Shown: piece after piece, positions 23,741-36,013 of the stretch
How the letters are laid out: each line of letters opens with the position of its first letter
Numbering within the stretch: position 1 is the first letter of the stretch
From: Malacoraja senta
Lineage: Eukaryota
Reading direction: 5' to 3'
NCBI GenBank assembly: GCA_038087875.1
Contig: CM076001.1
Span: 994,001-1,058,000, forward strand
DNA length: 64,000 nt
The notes under the pieces: generated by a model
What the model saw: only the letters and a program-made list of their open reading frames with translations
Database searches by the model: none
Told to the model about the DNA's origin: nothing
Program-made: the position numbers and the translations under genes

Positions 23741-26522
23741 CTTCAGACTTTTGTGTTGCATTTGCATTGGGATCCAGGACAAAATGGTGTTTGGCAAACT
23801 TCCTATCATTAATGAGCACCTGCAAATTGGAAGCAATTTTTGATTTGACAATAATTGTACCTTAAGAATGCATTTCCTGTAGGTTGGAATTTTGTGCCTA
23901 TATTTGTTGGGCAGCTTTATACCAGTGCGGATAATTTGCTCAGTGCAAGCAAATGTTTTATATGATCACTGTGTGGAGTGCTAACTAACTTCCAGTATGG
24001 AAATTCAATATTTACTGGGCCAATGTGAGATGTACATTTACCTTATAAGAAGTAGGACCTTCCTTTCCATATTGCATCAATGCAATGTGCAAAATAGTTC
24101 AGGTAAGAATGAGTCAGAGAAATCACAGAGTAGATTATTCAATAGAGGAACATGAAATGTAGAAAATGTTTTAACTTTTCTTAAAACTGAATTTCATAGC
24201 ACATGAAAACATAGATCCACATAATCTAACATTTAGGAAAAATACGGTGTATGAGTTTCCAACTGGCCTGATTGAATAGCAAGTCAACTGGACATCTTTC
24301 CCCACCCTCATGTTGAAGAGAGTCTGAAATGCAAATTAACATTTGCTAGCTGCCACGGACGTCAACATAAGCACCAATATGGCCACATATTATTTTTGTC
24401 TTTCTTAAACAGCTCTACTTATATCCAGATGCAATATTAAAATCGGCCAAACCATAAGCAAATTGAACTGATTCAAATCCAAGAACATACAATATTTCTA
24501 AATTTCTTGCATAAAGTCTCAATGCTTAAATGTATCAGTTCTATATAATACTGTGACACCCTGTATTCTCACCACGCTCCGTGTAAAAATATTCCTTCTT
24601 TTTTTTGCTTAAACATGTGGAGACTTCATTATATTTGCATCCGCTTGTTCTTAGCTTCATGGATATAATTTCTCCATACTACCACTGAAAATTCATTGTA
24701 ATTTTAAAACACTATCAGGTTTCTCGTCTGTTTAAATTTCAGGAGAATAAAAGTTCCCAAACTGTTCAATAATTCCTGAAATTTGTATCTACAATTCTGC
24801 TACTGTTTTTGTTCATGTTTTCTATGCTCTCAACAAAGATTTGGTTTTTTCGTGTTACGCATAACTTAATTTAGCACAATTCTCCAAATGTGATACAAAC
24901 AATGTATTATATCAGTTTAATATCACTTTCTTGCTTTCAAATGTTATTCCTTCTTAAATGAACCTTAGTATCTAGTTTGCTCTCTGTACTCTTCAATCTG
25001 ATAACAAATTATCTAAATTCTGCACTATAAATAAGTCGAAAAATGTGCAATACTTAATGTTGCTTTAAAATTCATATTTATATTTGTTCCATTTATACAG
25101 TTAATATAGTAAATTATTAATTTTTTCAACTTGTCAAACGATAGTTACAATTCCACCATAACTATGCTCTCATTCATTTTTGAAACTTTGTTTACCATGC
25201 TACATTTACATTGTCATTTTATTGGATGGAAAATATACTGCAACATTTTAAATTAATAATTGTGTTGAAATGCTGGAATGACAGTGGTCAGTTGGCCCAG
25301 TATTATATTTTATGCATTAACGTACAATACCACAGAGCCCTACGATGACGGTCTAATCAATAACTTCAGTAAATTCTACTGGGTTGTCGGAGGTGCAGCA
25401 CCAAAGCAATAAGCAGGGCTGTAAAAGATATATTAATTGGAAATTCTCACTTCATTATAAAAGAGATGATGAGCACAATTCAGTTCAAAAGGTGCATTTG
25501 ATATCTACCTGAAACTGATGGCAAGTGTGGCTCAAACAAATGGTTGCCATGTAAACTATACACCTCTCACAAATAGAAAGAAGAATTGAATTTTGAGACT
25601 CCTGTTAAGTTCCTTTCACAAAATCTGCAATATCTTAATTAAATCAAAAAATTGCATAGAATTGAAATAGAAAAAATGAAACACTCACTGGGAAGTAAAA
25701 GAAATAGAGTTAATGCTTCAGGTCGAAGACCTTTCACCTTAACACAATATCTTAATTCTAGTTATGTATCAATGGGGATTCTCTACCCGTTTCTAAGTAA
25801 ACCGAATACGTAGTTTTTAGGCATCTAATTCCAATTGTGTAATATCTATGTACACCAATATTTCAATAATTTATAGAAAATTATTTTACAATTTTATTAT
25901 CCACTGGTAAAGCAGAATGCATTAATTGTGCCCAAATTTCACTATCCTATGTAAGCGATTTTAGGATTTAGTGGCAAAGCTTCTTTGTCAATAACCTATG
26001 ATAGTTATAATAAATCAAGATATTTAAATTAAAACTATATACCTATTGATCTTCTTAACTACCTTGTCATAATGAATAAACATCAACAGTAAAATCTTCC
26101 TATGAGATAATTGTTTTCTCAATATTAGACTGTACTGAGGAATCAACGCTTTTGTTTTAATGGCATATTTACAGATAACCCTGCACCAAGAAATGAATTG
26201 AAAGTTTATATGGAGGTGCAGGGAGGAAGCAGTGGGAAATAGTAGAGATATAAGACTCAAAGCAGAGATTCTATTTTCTAGAACAGATATTTTAGTCAGA
26301 AAACTGAATCTATTTAAGAACAGAGCCAACAAGATTATAGCAACTTTTCCAATAAAAAGTGTAATTTCTCCCATAAAAAGCCCAATGAGGTTTTAGCATA
26401 TAATCTCAAATCACTTGACTCAGCCACTGCTAGATCAATAGAGGAGTCTAACTTGGTTTTGTTTTGCATTCTAAGGATTTTAGGTACAACAAGACTAAGT
26501 GCGATCTGTTGGGTCCCTGTCA

Positions 26523-29500
26523 CATAGATACATAGAAAATAGGTGCAGGAGTAGGCCATTCGGCCCTTCGAGCCTGCACCGCCATTCAATATGATCATGG
26601 CTGATCATCCAACTCACTATCCCGTACCTGCCTTCTCTCCATACCCCCTGATCCCTTTAGCCACAAGGGCCACATCTAACTCCCTCTTAAATATAGCCAA
26701 TGAACTGGCCTCAACTACCCTCTGTGGCAGAGAGTTCCAGAGATTCACCACTCTCTGTGTGAAAAAGTTTTTTCTCATCTCGGTCTTAAAGGATTTCCCC
26801 CTTATCCTTAAGCTGTGACCCCTTGTCCTGGACTTCCCCAACATCGGGAACAATCTTCCTGCATCTAGCCTGTCCAACCCCATAAGAATTTTGTACGTTT
26901 CTATAAGATCCCCTCTCAATCACCTAAATTCTAGCGGGTAGAAGCCAAGTCTATCCAGTCTTTCTTCATATGAAAGTCCTGACATCCCAGGAATCAGTCT
27001 GGTGAACCTTCTCTGCACTCCCTCTATGGCTATAATGTCCTTCCTCAGATTTGGAGACCAAAACTGTACACAATACTCCAGGTGTGGTCTCACCAAGACC
27101 CTGTACAACTGCAGTAGAACCTCCCTGCTCCTATACACAAATCCTTTTGCTATGAAAGCTAACATACCATTCGCTTTCTTCACTGCCTGCTGCACCTGCA
27201 TGCCTACTTTCAATGACTGGTGTACCATGACACCCAGGTCTCGCTGCATCTCCCCTTTTCCTAATCGGCCACCATTTAGATAATAGTCTGCTTTCCTGTT
27301 TTTGCCACCAAAGTGGATAACCTCACATTTATCCACATTATACTGCATCTGCCAAACATTTGCCCACTCACCCAGCCTATCCAAGTCACCTTGCAGTCTC
27401 CTAGCATCCTCCTCACAGCTAACACTGCCCCCCAGCTTAGTGTCATCCGCAAACTTGGAGATGTTGCCTTTAATTCCCTCATCCAGCTCATTAATATAAA
27501 TTGTAAATAGCTGGGGTCCCAGCACTGAGCCTTGTGGTACCCCACTAGTCACTGCCTGCCATTGTGAAAAGGTCCCGTTTACTCCTACTCTTTGCTTCCT
27601 GTTTGCCAGCCAGTTCTCTATCCACATCAATACTGAACCCCCAATACCGTGTGCTTTAAGTTTGTATACTAATCTCTTATGTGGGACCTTGTCGAAAGCC
27701 TTCTGAAAGTCCAGATACAACACATCCACTGGTTCTCCCCTATCCACTCTACTAGTTACATCCTCGAAAAATTCTATAAAATTCGTCAGACATGATTTAC
27801 CTTTCGTAAATCCATGCTGACTTTGTCCAATGATTTCACCACTTTCCAAATGTGCTGCTATCCCATCTTTAATAACTGACTCTAGCAGTTTCCCCACTAC
27901 CGATGTTAGACTAACTGGTCTGTAATTCCCCGTTTTCTCTCTCCCTCCCTTCTTAAAAAGTGGGGTTACGTTTGCTACCCTCCAATCCTCAGGAACTCCT
28001 CCAGAATCTAAAGAGTTTTGAAAAATTATCACTAATGCATCCACTATTTCTGGAGCTACTTCCTTAAGTACTCTGGGATGCAGCCTATCTGGCCCTGGTG
28101 ATTTATCGGCCTTTAATCCATTCAATTTACCCAACACCACTTCCCGACTAACCTGGATTTCACTCAGTTGCTCCATCTCCTTTGACCCGCGGTCCCCTGC
28201 TATTTCCGGCAGATTATTTATTTCTTCCTTAGTGAAGATGGAACCAAAGTAGTTATTCAATTGGTCCGCCATATCCTTGTTCCCCATGATCAATTCACCT
28301 GTTTCTGACTGCAAGGGACCTACATTTGTTTTAACTAATCTCTTTCTCTCCACATATCTATAAAAACTTTTGCAGTCAGTTTTTATGTTCCCTGCCAGTT
28401 TTCTTTCATAATCTATTTTCCCTTTCCTAATTAAGCCCTTTGTCCTCCTCTGCTGGTCTCTGAATTTCTCCCAGTCCTCTGGTATGCTGCTATTTCTGGT
28501 TAATTTGTCCGCATCATCTTTTGCTTTGATACTATCCCTGATTTCCCTTGTTATCCACGGATGCACTACCTTCCCTGATTTATTCTTTTGCCAAACTGGG
28601 ATGAACAATTTTTGTAGTTCATCCATGCAGTCTTTAAATGCCTTCCATTGCATATCCACCGTCAACCCTTTTAGAACTAATTGCCAGTCAATCTTGGCCA
28701 ATTCACGTCTCATACCCTCAAAGTTACCTTTCTTTAAGTTCAGAACCGTTGTTTCTGAATTAACAATGTCACTCTCCATCCTAATGAAGAACTCAACCAT
28801 ATTATGGTCACTCTTGCGCAAGGGGGCACGCACAACAAGACTGCTAACTAACCCTTCCTCATTACTCAATACCCAGTCTAGAATAGCCTGCTCTCTCGTT
28901 GGTTCTTCTACATGTTGGTTTAGATAACTATACCGCATACATTCCAAGAAGTCCTCTTCCGCAGCACCCCTGCCAATTTGATTCACCCAATCTATATGTA
29001 GATTGAAGTCACCCATTATAACTGTTTTGCCTTTGTGGCACGCATTTCTAATTTCCTGTTTGATGCCATCCCCAACTTCACTACTACTGCTAGGTGGCCT
29101 GTACACAACACCCACCAGCGTTTTCTGCCCCTTAGTGTTTCGCAGCTCTACCCATACCGATTCCACATCCTCCAAGCTAATGTCCTTCCTTTCCACTGCG
29201 TTAATCTCCTCTCTAACCAGCAACGCTACCCCACCTCCTTTTCTTTTCTCTCTATCCCTCCTGAATATTGAATATCCCTGGATGTTCAGCTCCCAGCCTT
29301 GGTTACCCTGGAGCCATGTCTCCGTGATCCCAACTATATCATAATCATTAATAGCTATCTGCGCATTCAACTCATCCACCTTATTACGAATGCTCCTTGC
29401 ATTGAGACACAAAGCCTTCAGGCTTGTTTTTACAACGCTCTTATCCCTTATACAATTATGTTGAAAAGTGGCCCTTTTTGATTTTTGCCCTGGATTTGTC

Positions 29501-29790
29501 TGCCTGCCACTTTTACTTTTCACCTTGCTACCTATTGCTTCCGCCCGCATTTTACACCCCTCTGTTTCTCTGCTCACCCATTTAAGAACCCCACCACCTC
29601 TTATTCTCTGTTTATTATTGTTTTCTTCTTTCCCCCCTACATGTTGGGTCTGAGTGCTTTCCTTCTCTGCCTCTTGCCTCACACACTGTCTAATAGCTTT
29701 CTCTATTTGAGTCCCTCCCCCCAACCATTCTAGTTTAAAGTCTCCCCAGTACCCTTTGCAGATCTCCCGACCAGGATATCGGTCCCCCGG
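26523..29790 (-). mobile_element. Young CR1 (HER1-like) LINE, 5'-truncated in the end of ORF1
   Basis: Complete ORF2 region, 3' UTR and tail. The last ORF1 codons (RGTDILVGRSAKGTGETLN*) are at ~29730-29790. Confidence 0.95.
26617..29550 (-). pseudogene. CR1 ORF2: APE endonuclease + reverse transcriptase, one internal nonsense codon
   Basis: CLNARSI, GITETW, MGDFN, SDHN (APE); [16 protein letters not shown] (RT). In-frame TGA at 26920-26922 (AGA in sister copies); frame continues to 26617. Confidence 0.95.
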
Positions 29791-29929
29791 GAGGCCTGGT
29801 CCCCCAACGCAACCCGTTCCCCAATGCAATATTCCACCACTCACCCGTTCCCCCAATGCAATCCATCCCCCCAACACAATATTGCACCACTCACGCATAG
29901 CCCCCAACTGCATAGGCATGCTAATTTCC

Positions 29930-30425
29930 CCTCATTCCCCAGCACTCCCTCCCCCTCCTCTTCACCCTCCCTCTTCTTTCCCCTCTCCTCCTCCCCTCCC
30001 CCAATGCCTCCCTCACCTCTCTCTCCCTCTCCTTTCCCCTACCCTCAGTCACTCCCTCCATCCCTCCCTCCCTCCCTCCCTCCCTGCCTCCCTCCATAAC
30101 TCCTCTCCCCTCCCTACCACCCTCCTATCCCCACACCTCACATCCCCCTGTCCCCCAATATCCCTCCTGACCTCCCCCATTGCCCTCCTCTCCCTCTATT
30201 CCCCACTCCCTATCTCTCCCACTCCTCTCCCCCTATTCCCCTTCATCCCCCACTCTCCTCACCTCCCCCACTTTCCCCGTCTCCCTCCCTACCTCTTCCT
30301 TTCCCTCAATACCCCCACTCTCCCCCCTCACCTCCCCAGGATCTTTCCCCTCCCCTCCCCCAAACCCCCCTCACCTCTCCCTCCCTCTCCTTTCCCTACC
30401 ATCAGTCACTTCCTCCCTCCATCCA
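29930..30425. repeat. C/T-rich low-complexity tract within the Helitron-like element
   Basis: Almost pure polypyrimidine on the plus strand. The matching purine tract runs into the gap at 62417. Confidence 0.9.
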
Positions 30426-31352
30426 TAAAAAGCAGCATCTGCCGTTCCTTCCTCCACAGGTCATTCATTGTTAGCTATGGTTTAGATCCCGTTGACTTGA
30501 CGATTGGACCAGTTTGCATCGTGTGTGTGTGTGTGAGTTACTCAAACTCCGCGCAAACTGCTCGGCCACCCTGCAACCTGACTCTCCCTCCCTCCCTCCC
30601 TCTACCCATTCTGGCTCAGCCGCCGCTCGGCCCGTCCCCGTCCTGTCCGAGCGGCTGCTGCTGCCGCTCGGCCCGTCCCCGCCCTACCCACCCGCCTACC
30701 TGCCTGCCTGCTCACTGCCCCTGCCAGGCTGTGTGGGGTTGGGAGGGGGGGGGGAATGGAGTCGGTGTTTGTCAGGGTGGACACCATGAGTTTGATGAGC
30801 TGGTGGAGAAGGCCGTGAAGGGTGAGTTACCGCAAAGGCGGCAGTGGAGGAGACGGACCCAGGCGGACGGGTAGACGGGACCGCCATTGCCGCAGAGGGC
30901 GGGCGAGGGAGGGAGGTGAGTGATGAGGGAGAGAGAGACATGACCGGGGCCTTCACTGGGCCTCCACCGAACACGCTCCCCCGCTCCTCCCCGCTCCCCC
31001 CGCAACCTCCGCCGGTGGTCAGGGAGACAATAGACAAGTTACTGTGAGGAGGGGAGAGAGGAGATCGTGAGTGAGGCGGGACAGGCTGCCGTCGGTGGAG
31101 CAGGAAGGGGCGTCGCCATCCCGGCCGTGGCATTGACACAGGAGCAGAGACCAGTCTGCGTGGCGCTGACTGAAGGAATCTGCGCACGTGCAGTTTTTAA
31201 GACTTTTAAACCTTGATAACTTTTACAATATACCACCAATCGGAACGAAACTTGTTGCACTCGCAGCACAGGAGAACGGCGAGTAACCAGGCGAAAAATC
31301 GTAGCGCTATCGCATACCGTTTTTGCGCAAATAGAAAAAATGCATAAACTGG

Positions 31353-31933
31353 GGGAGGGGGAGAGTTCCTTTCACAGCGTGTGGGGAGTCTGGCCTAGGG
31401 AGGGAAGTAGCTCGGGTGGCTGCGAGCGGCCACCGGGACTGGACAGCAGAACTGGCCACCACCTCAGCTCCTTCTGCTGGCCCACCCGCCAGCCAGGCAC
31501 AGTGTCCTTCGGCACAGGCGCAACCGGTGGAGGTGGTGGCTGGCGGGTAGCTACTGGGCGAAAGGCTGGGTGCTCCGACCCGGGCTTGCTCTCTCTCTTT
31601 CTCTCTCTACTAGTCCCGGGGCAGGCGACCTGGGCGCTACAGCCAGTTCCGGGGCAGGCGACCTGGGAACTACAGCTAGTCCCGGGGCTCGCAGGCGACC
31701 AGGGAACTGCAGCTGGTCCCGGGAACGTGAGGAATCTGGGCACTGAAGCTAGTCCCGGGGACACGAGGGATCTGGGAACTGCAGCCAGTCCCGGGGCACG
31801 CAGGCGATGTTGCCGACCACTGGACTAAACCAAACCCTTGATCCTGTCCCGCCATCCTTTAAAAAAAATTTTAGCAACTTAAATTGGGGGTGCGTCTTCG
31901 ACGCAGGTGCGTTTTCATTGCCGGGAAATACGG
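31353..31933. mobile_element. Tc1/mariner (Tc2-like) DNA transposon fragment with ~30-bp tandem repeats
   Basis: Reverse complement end TA|CCGTATTTCCCGGCAATGAAAACGCACCTGCGTCGAAGACGCACCCC. Repeats of AGTCCCGGGGCAGGCGACCTGGGAACTACAGC at 31610-31800. The other TIR was not found. Confidence 0.6.
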
Positions 31934-31979
31934 TAATTGAAGAAGTGATATGCACTCAGGATGAGGAACCATATATCTT

Positions 31980-32010
31980 CTGAAGAAGGGTCTCGACCCG
32001 AAACGTCACC
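31980..32010 (+). ncRNA. Minimal hammerhead-ribozyme-like motif (PLE type)
   Basis: CUGAAGA-A-GGGUC/UC/GACCC-GAAAC-GUC: catalytic boxes, stem II, palindromic ACGU stem III and a GUC cleavage triplet. The 5' strand of stem I is not retained. Confidence 0.6.
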
Positions 32011-32069
32011 CATTCCTTCTCTCCGGAGATGCTGCCTGTCCCGCTGAGTTACTCCAGCATTTTGTGTCT
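31982..32069 (+). mobile_element. 88-bp PLE-derived mini-insertion
   Basis: 14-bp TSD ACCATATAT(C/G)TTCT at 31968-31981 and 32070-32083. Confidence 0.8.
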
Positions 32070-32099
32070 ACCATATATGTTCTAGACAAGATTTCCAGA

Positions 32100-32560
32100 A
32101 GGTCATAGTCATGGGGCTCAACATCATGGAAACAGGCCTTGCGGCTCAACTGGTCCATGACGACCAAGTTGCATTCTGGACTAGTCCCATTTGCCGCCAT
32201 TGGGCTCTTGTCCCTCTAAACCCTGCCTATCCACATATTCAAGATCATTTGATTCGGTACATCAAAACTTCAGTCATGAATTAAGTTTGGAATGGGCAGA
32301 TTATCTTTTGAGGACAGGCTGGGTTTGCATCCAATGGAGTTTCGGACACGGTGATTTTTTTTCATTTCTCAGAGAGTAGTGTGTCTTTGGAACTCTTCCT
32401 CCAAGGGTAGTGGTATATTGATACTTGATAAGAGAGGTTGTGAAAGGTTACAAGGTGTAATGGTAATGCAGGTGCCATCATATTAGCCATCATCTTTTTG
32501 AATGTCTGAGCAGGCTCAAGGGGCAGAGCGGTCTACTCTCACTAATCCATATGTTTCAAC
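32100..32560. mobile_element. Two old CR1 3' fragments in opposite orientations
   Basis: GGAAACAGGCCTTGCGGCTCAAC (minus tail) and GCAGGCTCAAGGGGCAGAGCGGTCTACTC (plus tail). Confidence 0.55.
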
Positions 32561-35216
32561 ACGTTTTTAAGGGTTTATGGTAGAAAAAGACAAAAAGAAT
32601 GTCATCTCTTCAGCAAATTCTCTATCAGAATGCATCCTTTGTTTCTATCATTACTGTCTGTGTTCTACATGGAGAGAAGCTTTTTTAATGCTTTGTAGTT
32701 CCAGAGCAATTTCTTTGCTAACATACAAAATAATATACAGCCAGCCCAAAACCACCCCGAGGAATATGATTTTTTGAATAATATATATTCCTCTAGTCTG
32801 CCTTGGGGAGCCATTGAGAATTCAGTTTACGATTCCTATTGTATTATTCAGTTTCTAAAACTTAATTTTTGCAAGGCATTTTTGATCATTTGTAATCCAG
32901 AAAAAATAAATCACCATTTGCTGAGTGACATCTCTCATTCGGTGCAACAGCAATAGTTCAACAAGGTTAAATATTTCCATGGCTTATTTTAAACAATACT
33001 TTCTGAATCATTGGATAGCCCTGATTATTCATATGATTTAAAATCTTTTACAAGTATTATAGGATAGAAAAACAATTATCAGAATAATCTATAATGTTAT
33101 TTGATATACTTCTATGTTATTAAAATATGTATTCTGTTCCTCTAGTTTTGGCCTTCTAATTCATGACTGAATTTTTATTATAAAAGGACAGAACATTAGA
33201 AGTTGTTTAAGCAATTCCACAGTGCACCATGACAAATTTAATAGAGACAGTTCCATCTCTTGAAATGAATTATACAACAACCTCTCATTACTTGATGGTC
33301 TACCAACTCACAGGTTTGAATAGATAGTGAATTATGATACAATTCCCGACCTGATTTCTATGCTGCACTTAGAAGGATGATGATATTTAGGGTATGTTGC
33401 AATTCAAGTGTGCTGAGGTTAAGGCAGTTTATTCACCAAATCTAAAACAATCTTAAATTTAAAATGAAAATTTATGAATAGATTGAAAGGAACCTTACAG
33501 TATATGTAGAAATGTAGCTAGACATTTTGCATACATAATATTTGCAGCTGTCTACTGTTACACAGTTGATAGTGTTTTTACTGAACCCTTGCTAACTCAC
33601 TGTAGTTTCACATCAATAGTGAACCATTGAACCCGTAAATGTAAAATATAATGGGGGAAGTACTGTGTTGAAAATTTGATCCTAATGTACTTGTGTAATA
33701 ATCCTATTGTTAGTCTGCCATTATATCAGTTAGATAGTGTGTTTGCTTCAAATGTGATATCTGCTTTTTGGCATATGTTACTAAAACATTACTGATCCGG
33801 GGAGTGAGATAAAAAAATCTGAATGATATGGTACTACAGTCAATAGGAATCATAATGTTCTTCTGGCTAATGATGGCAAGACAAAATAGAATTACCATTA
33901 AAATTAAATATATGGAATAATCATCAAGAGGAAGAAGAACAAATAAATAAATACAACGAATGAGCAGATCTAACATTTATGAATATGAAGAACATTGAGT
34001 TTGGAGACAATTCATATTTCTGTTTTTCCTCTTGATACAAAATGTTTGTAGCTTTTCCTTTTATCATTACCAAAAAAATTGTGGGCTGTTCCTTCGGTAA
34101 AGCACATGCAGAGACTTAGAGAGCTTATCCCTGTTCAGTAATATGATAAGACAGAAACTCATGGTTCTATTCAGATGGCTTGGCAATCTGTTAAAGATCT
34201 GTTTTGAAGATCAGAATGTGGCAGGTTAATGACCAATAGTTCTCTAATCAGTTCGCAGATTTGGGTTCCACTAGGACTATTCTACTCCAGGAATAGTTGC
34301 AGCTTTAGTATGCAAGGAAGTAATGGATCAGAAATAATGGATAAATAAATGACATTGACATCAGGTCGCAATTCCCTGAGTAATGATGCTAATAAACTAT
34401 AATACGACTGTACTCATCGAGGATCAGTAGAAACCACTTCAGTGACTGGATTAATCCAAAAAGAGATGGCTGTGGATCTTGAAGACAAATTAAGAGTCAT
34501 GTCAAGTGTTTATCTATCATATGTGTTGGATATGAACCAAAGCAATGAAATTCTTACTTGGTGTACCTTTAGTGGCAGATTAGACAGAATGTAATCTCAT
34601 CCCTGAGTAAAACTATAGAACTTCCTTGAGTCAGGCCTAGGTACTTTCAGCCACTTCATCAATTACCATATTTTCATTATACGATGGTTCAGCTTGCCTA
34701 TTATTTCAGAATTTGCAGCTCCTCTCACAATTACTTTGAGAATCTTCTACTCCTTACCTGCAACGTGAGAGAAATGGACAACCAGTCGTTTTTGGCTGCT
34801 AAATGAGAAGAAACATTTCCACCACAGAAGTGTCACATAGTGATTATTACCAGGAAGAGACTAGCTAACCAATTCCCTTTGAGTTACAATGCCATCAACA
34901 TTACAAAATCACAAACACCCTGGGGATTAACACTGACTAGAAATTTGACCAGACACATAAACGTCAACATCCATAAGAGCAGATCAAACTGAGTACTCTA
35001 CTTTGAATAATTCACTTATTGACTCCTCAAAGACTTCAATGGCTGTAAAATCACATCCAATGTGTAAGGGACTTCAAGGAACTGCAAGGTACTATAACAA
35101 CATTTCAAAGGTATTTGAACATGGATAGAAAAGGTTTAGATGGATACGGTCCAAATGCAGGCAGGTGGGACCAGTGTAGATGGGGTACCTTGGTCAGCAT
35201 GGGCAAGTTAGGCCAT

Positions 35217-36013
35217 AGTAAAGTAAAGTATCCTTTATTGTCATTCAGACATTTCAGTCTGAATGAAATTGTATACCTTGCAGTCATAGAATAAAATAAC
35301 AAAAACACACACTTAACACAGTTTATCATCCACCACAGTGAGTCCACCAGGCACCTCCTCACTGTGATGGAAGGCAAAAGTCTTAAAGTCCTTGTCTCTT
35401 CCCTCCTCGTCTCCCTCTGCGTTGAGGTGATCCAGCTTTCGATGTAGGGACCCTGCCGGGTGATGGTAAGTCCAGCGGCCGCATCCGAGCTCCACAAACG
35501 GGCTGGTTCAAAATATGCGGCCCGGAGCGGTCGAAGCTGCCACCCTCCAGTCCAGCGGACGAAACTGTCATTGCGGGAGCTCCGGAGAACCGGTCACCAA
35601 CCTGGGACCTGCGAGCTCCCGACGTTGTCGTCCACTGGGCCTGCGGCCGAGCCTCCGAGGCTCCGAAGTCGGGTCGCCGCCGCCGCAACGCCACCACAGC
35701 CCCGAAGTCGGCCAGGACAGTTGGTAAGTCCTGGATCTGATTTATCTCGGAGCCTCGAGGTCGGTCCCAGTTGGAGGCCGCCAGCTCCGCGATTAGGCCT
35801 CAGCACAGATGGAGACGGAGACGGGGGGTACAACAAGAAAAGGTCGCATTCCCCCCGAAGGAAGAGACTAAAAAGAGTTTCTCCCACCCCCCCCCCCCCC
35901 CCCACACATACACAACTAAAATAAACTAAACAACAGGACAAAAGAAAACAGAAAAAAAAGAAAAGACAGACGGACTGCAGGTGAGCCGCAGCTGCTTGGG
36001 CAGCGCCGCCACT
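35217..36013 (-). mobile_element. Non-autonomous GC-rich retroposon with LINE-type (Rex-like) tail, inserted in a CR1 3' end
   Basis: Minus strand starts AGTGGCGGCGCTGCCCAAGCAGCTGCGG and ends GACAATAAAGGATACTTTACTTTACT. CR1 3' UTR flanks both sides (35105-35216, 36026-36055). Confidence 0.65.

Larger units (their letters stand above)
26490..31352 (-). mobile_element. Non-autonomous Helitron-like element split by a CR1 insertion
   Basis: 3' end at 26490: CTTG|T (CTAG variant) preceded by an imperfect hairpin GGGACCCAACAGATCGC. Body resumes at ~29787 (GGGAGGCCTGGTCCCCCAACG). 31030-31352 is the reverse complement of 62015-62343, whose copy starts A|TCTATAC (Helitron 5' signature). Confidence 0.65.

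Noticed and set aside
27002..29733. Antisense ORFs over CR1/Gypsy coding regions and the many 60-130 aa ORFs in AT-rich DNA
   Set aside because: Shadow frames of TE ORFs or chance ORFs with no recognisable motifs.
29551..29919. N-terminal extension of the 999-aa ORF
   Set aside because: The first ~43 codons come from the neighbouring Helitron-like element and the rest from the ORF1 end and linker; not a real fusion start.
29756..30874. 372-aa Pro/Leu/Ser-rich ORF
   Set aside because: Artefact of a polypyrimidine tract that lacks stop codons; it spans a CR1/Helitron junction.
31610..31800. CRISPR-like spaced repeats (also 59650-59950)
   Set aside because: Diverged head-to-tail minisatellites without unique spacers, in a vertebrate context with no cas genes.
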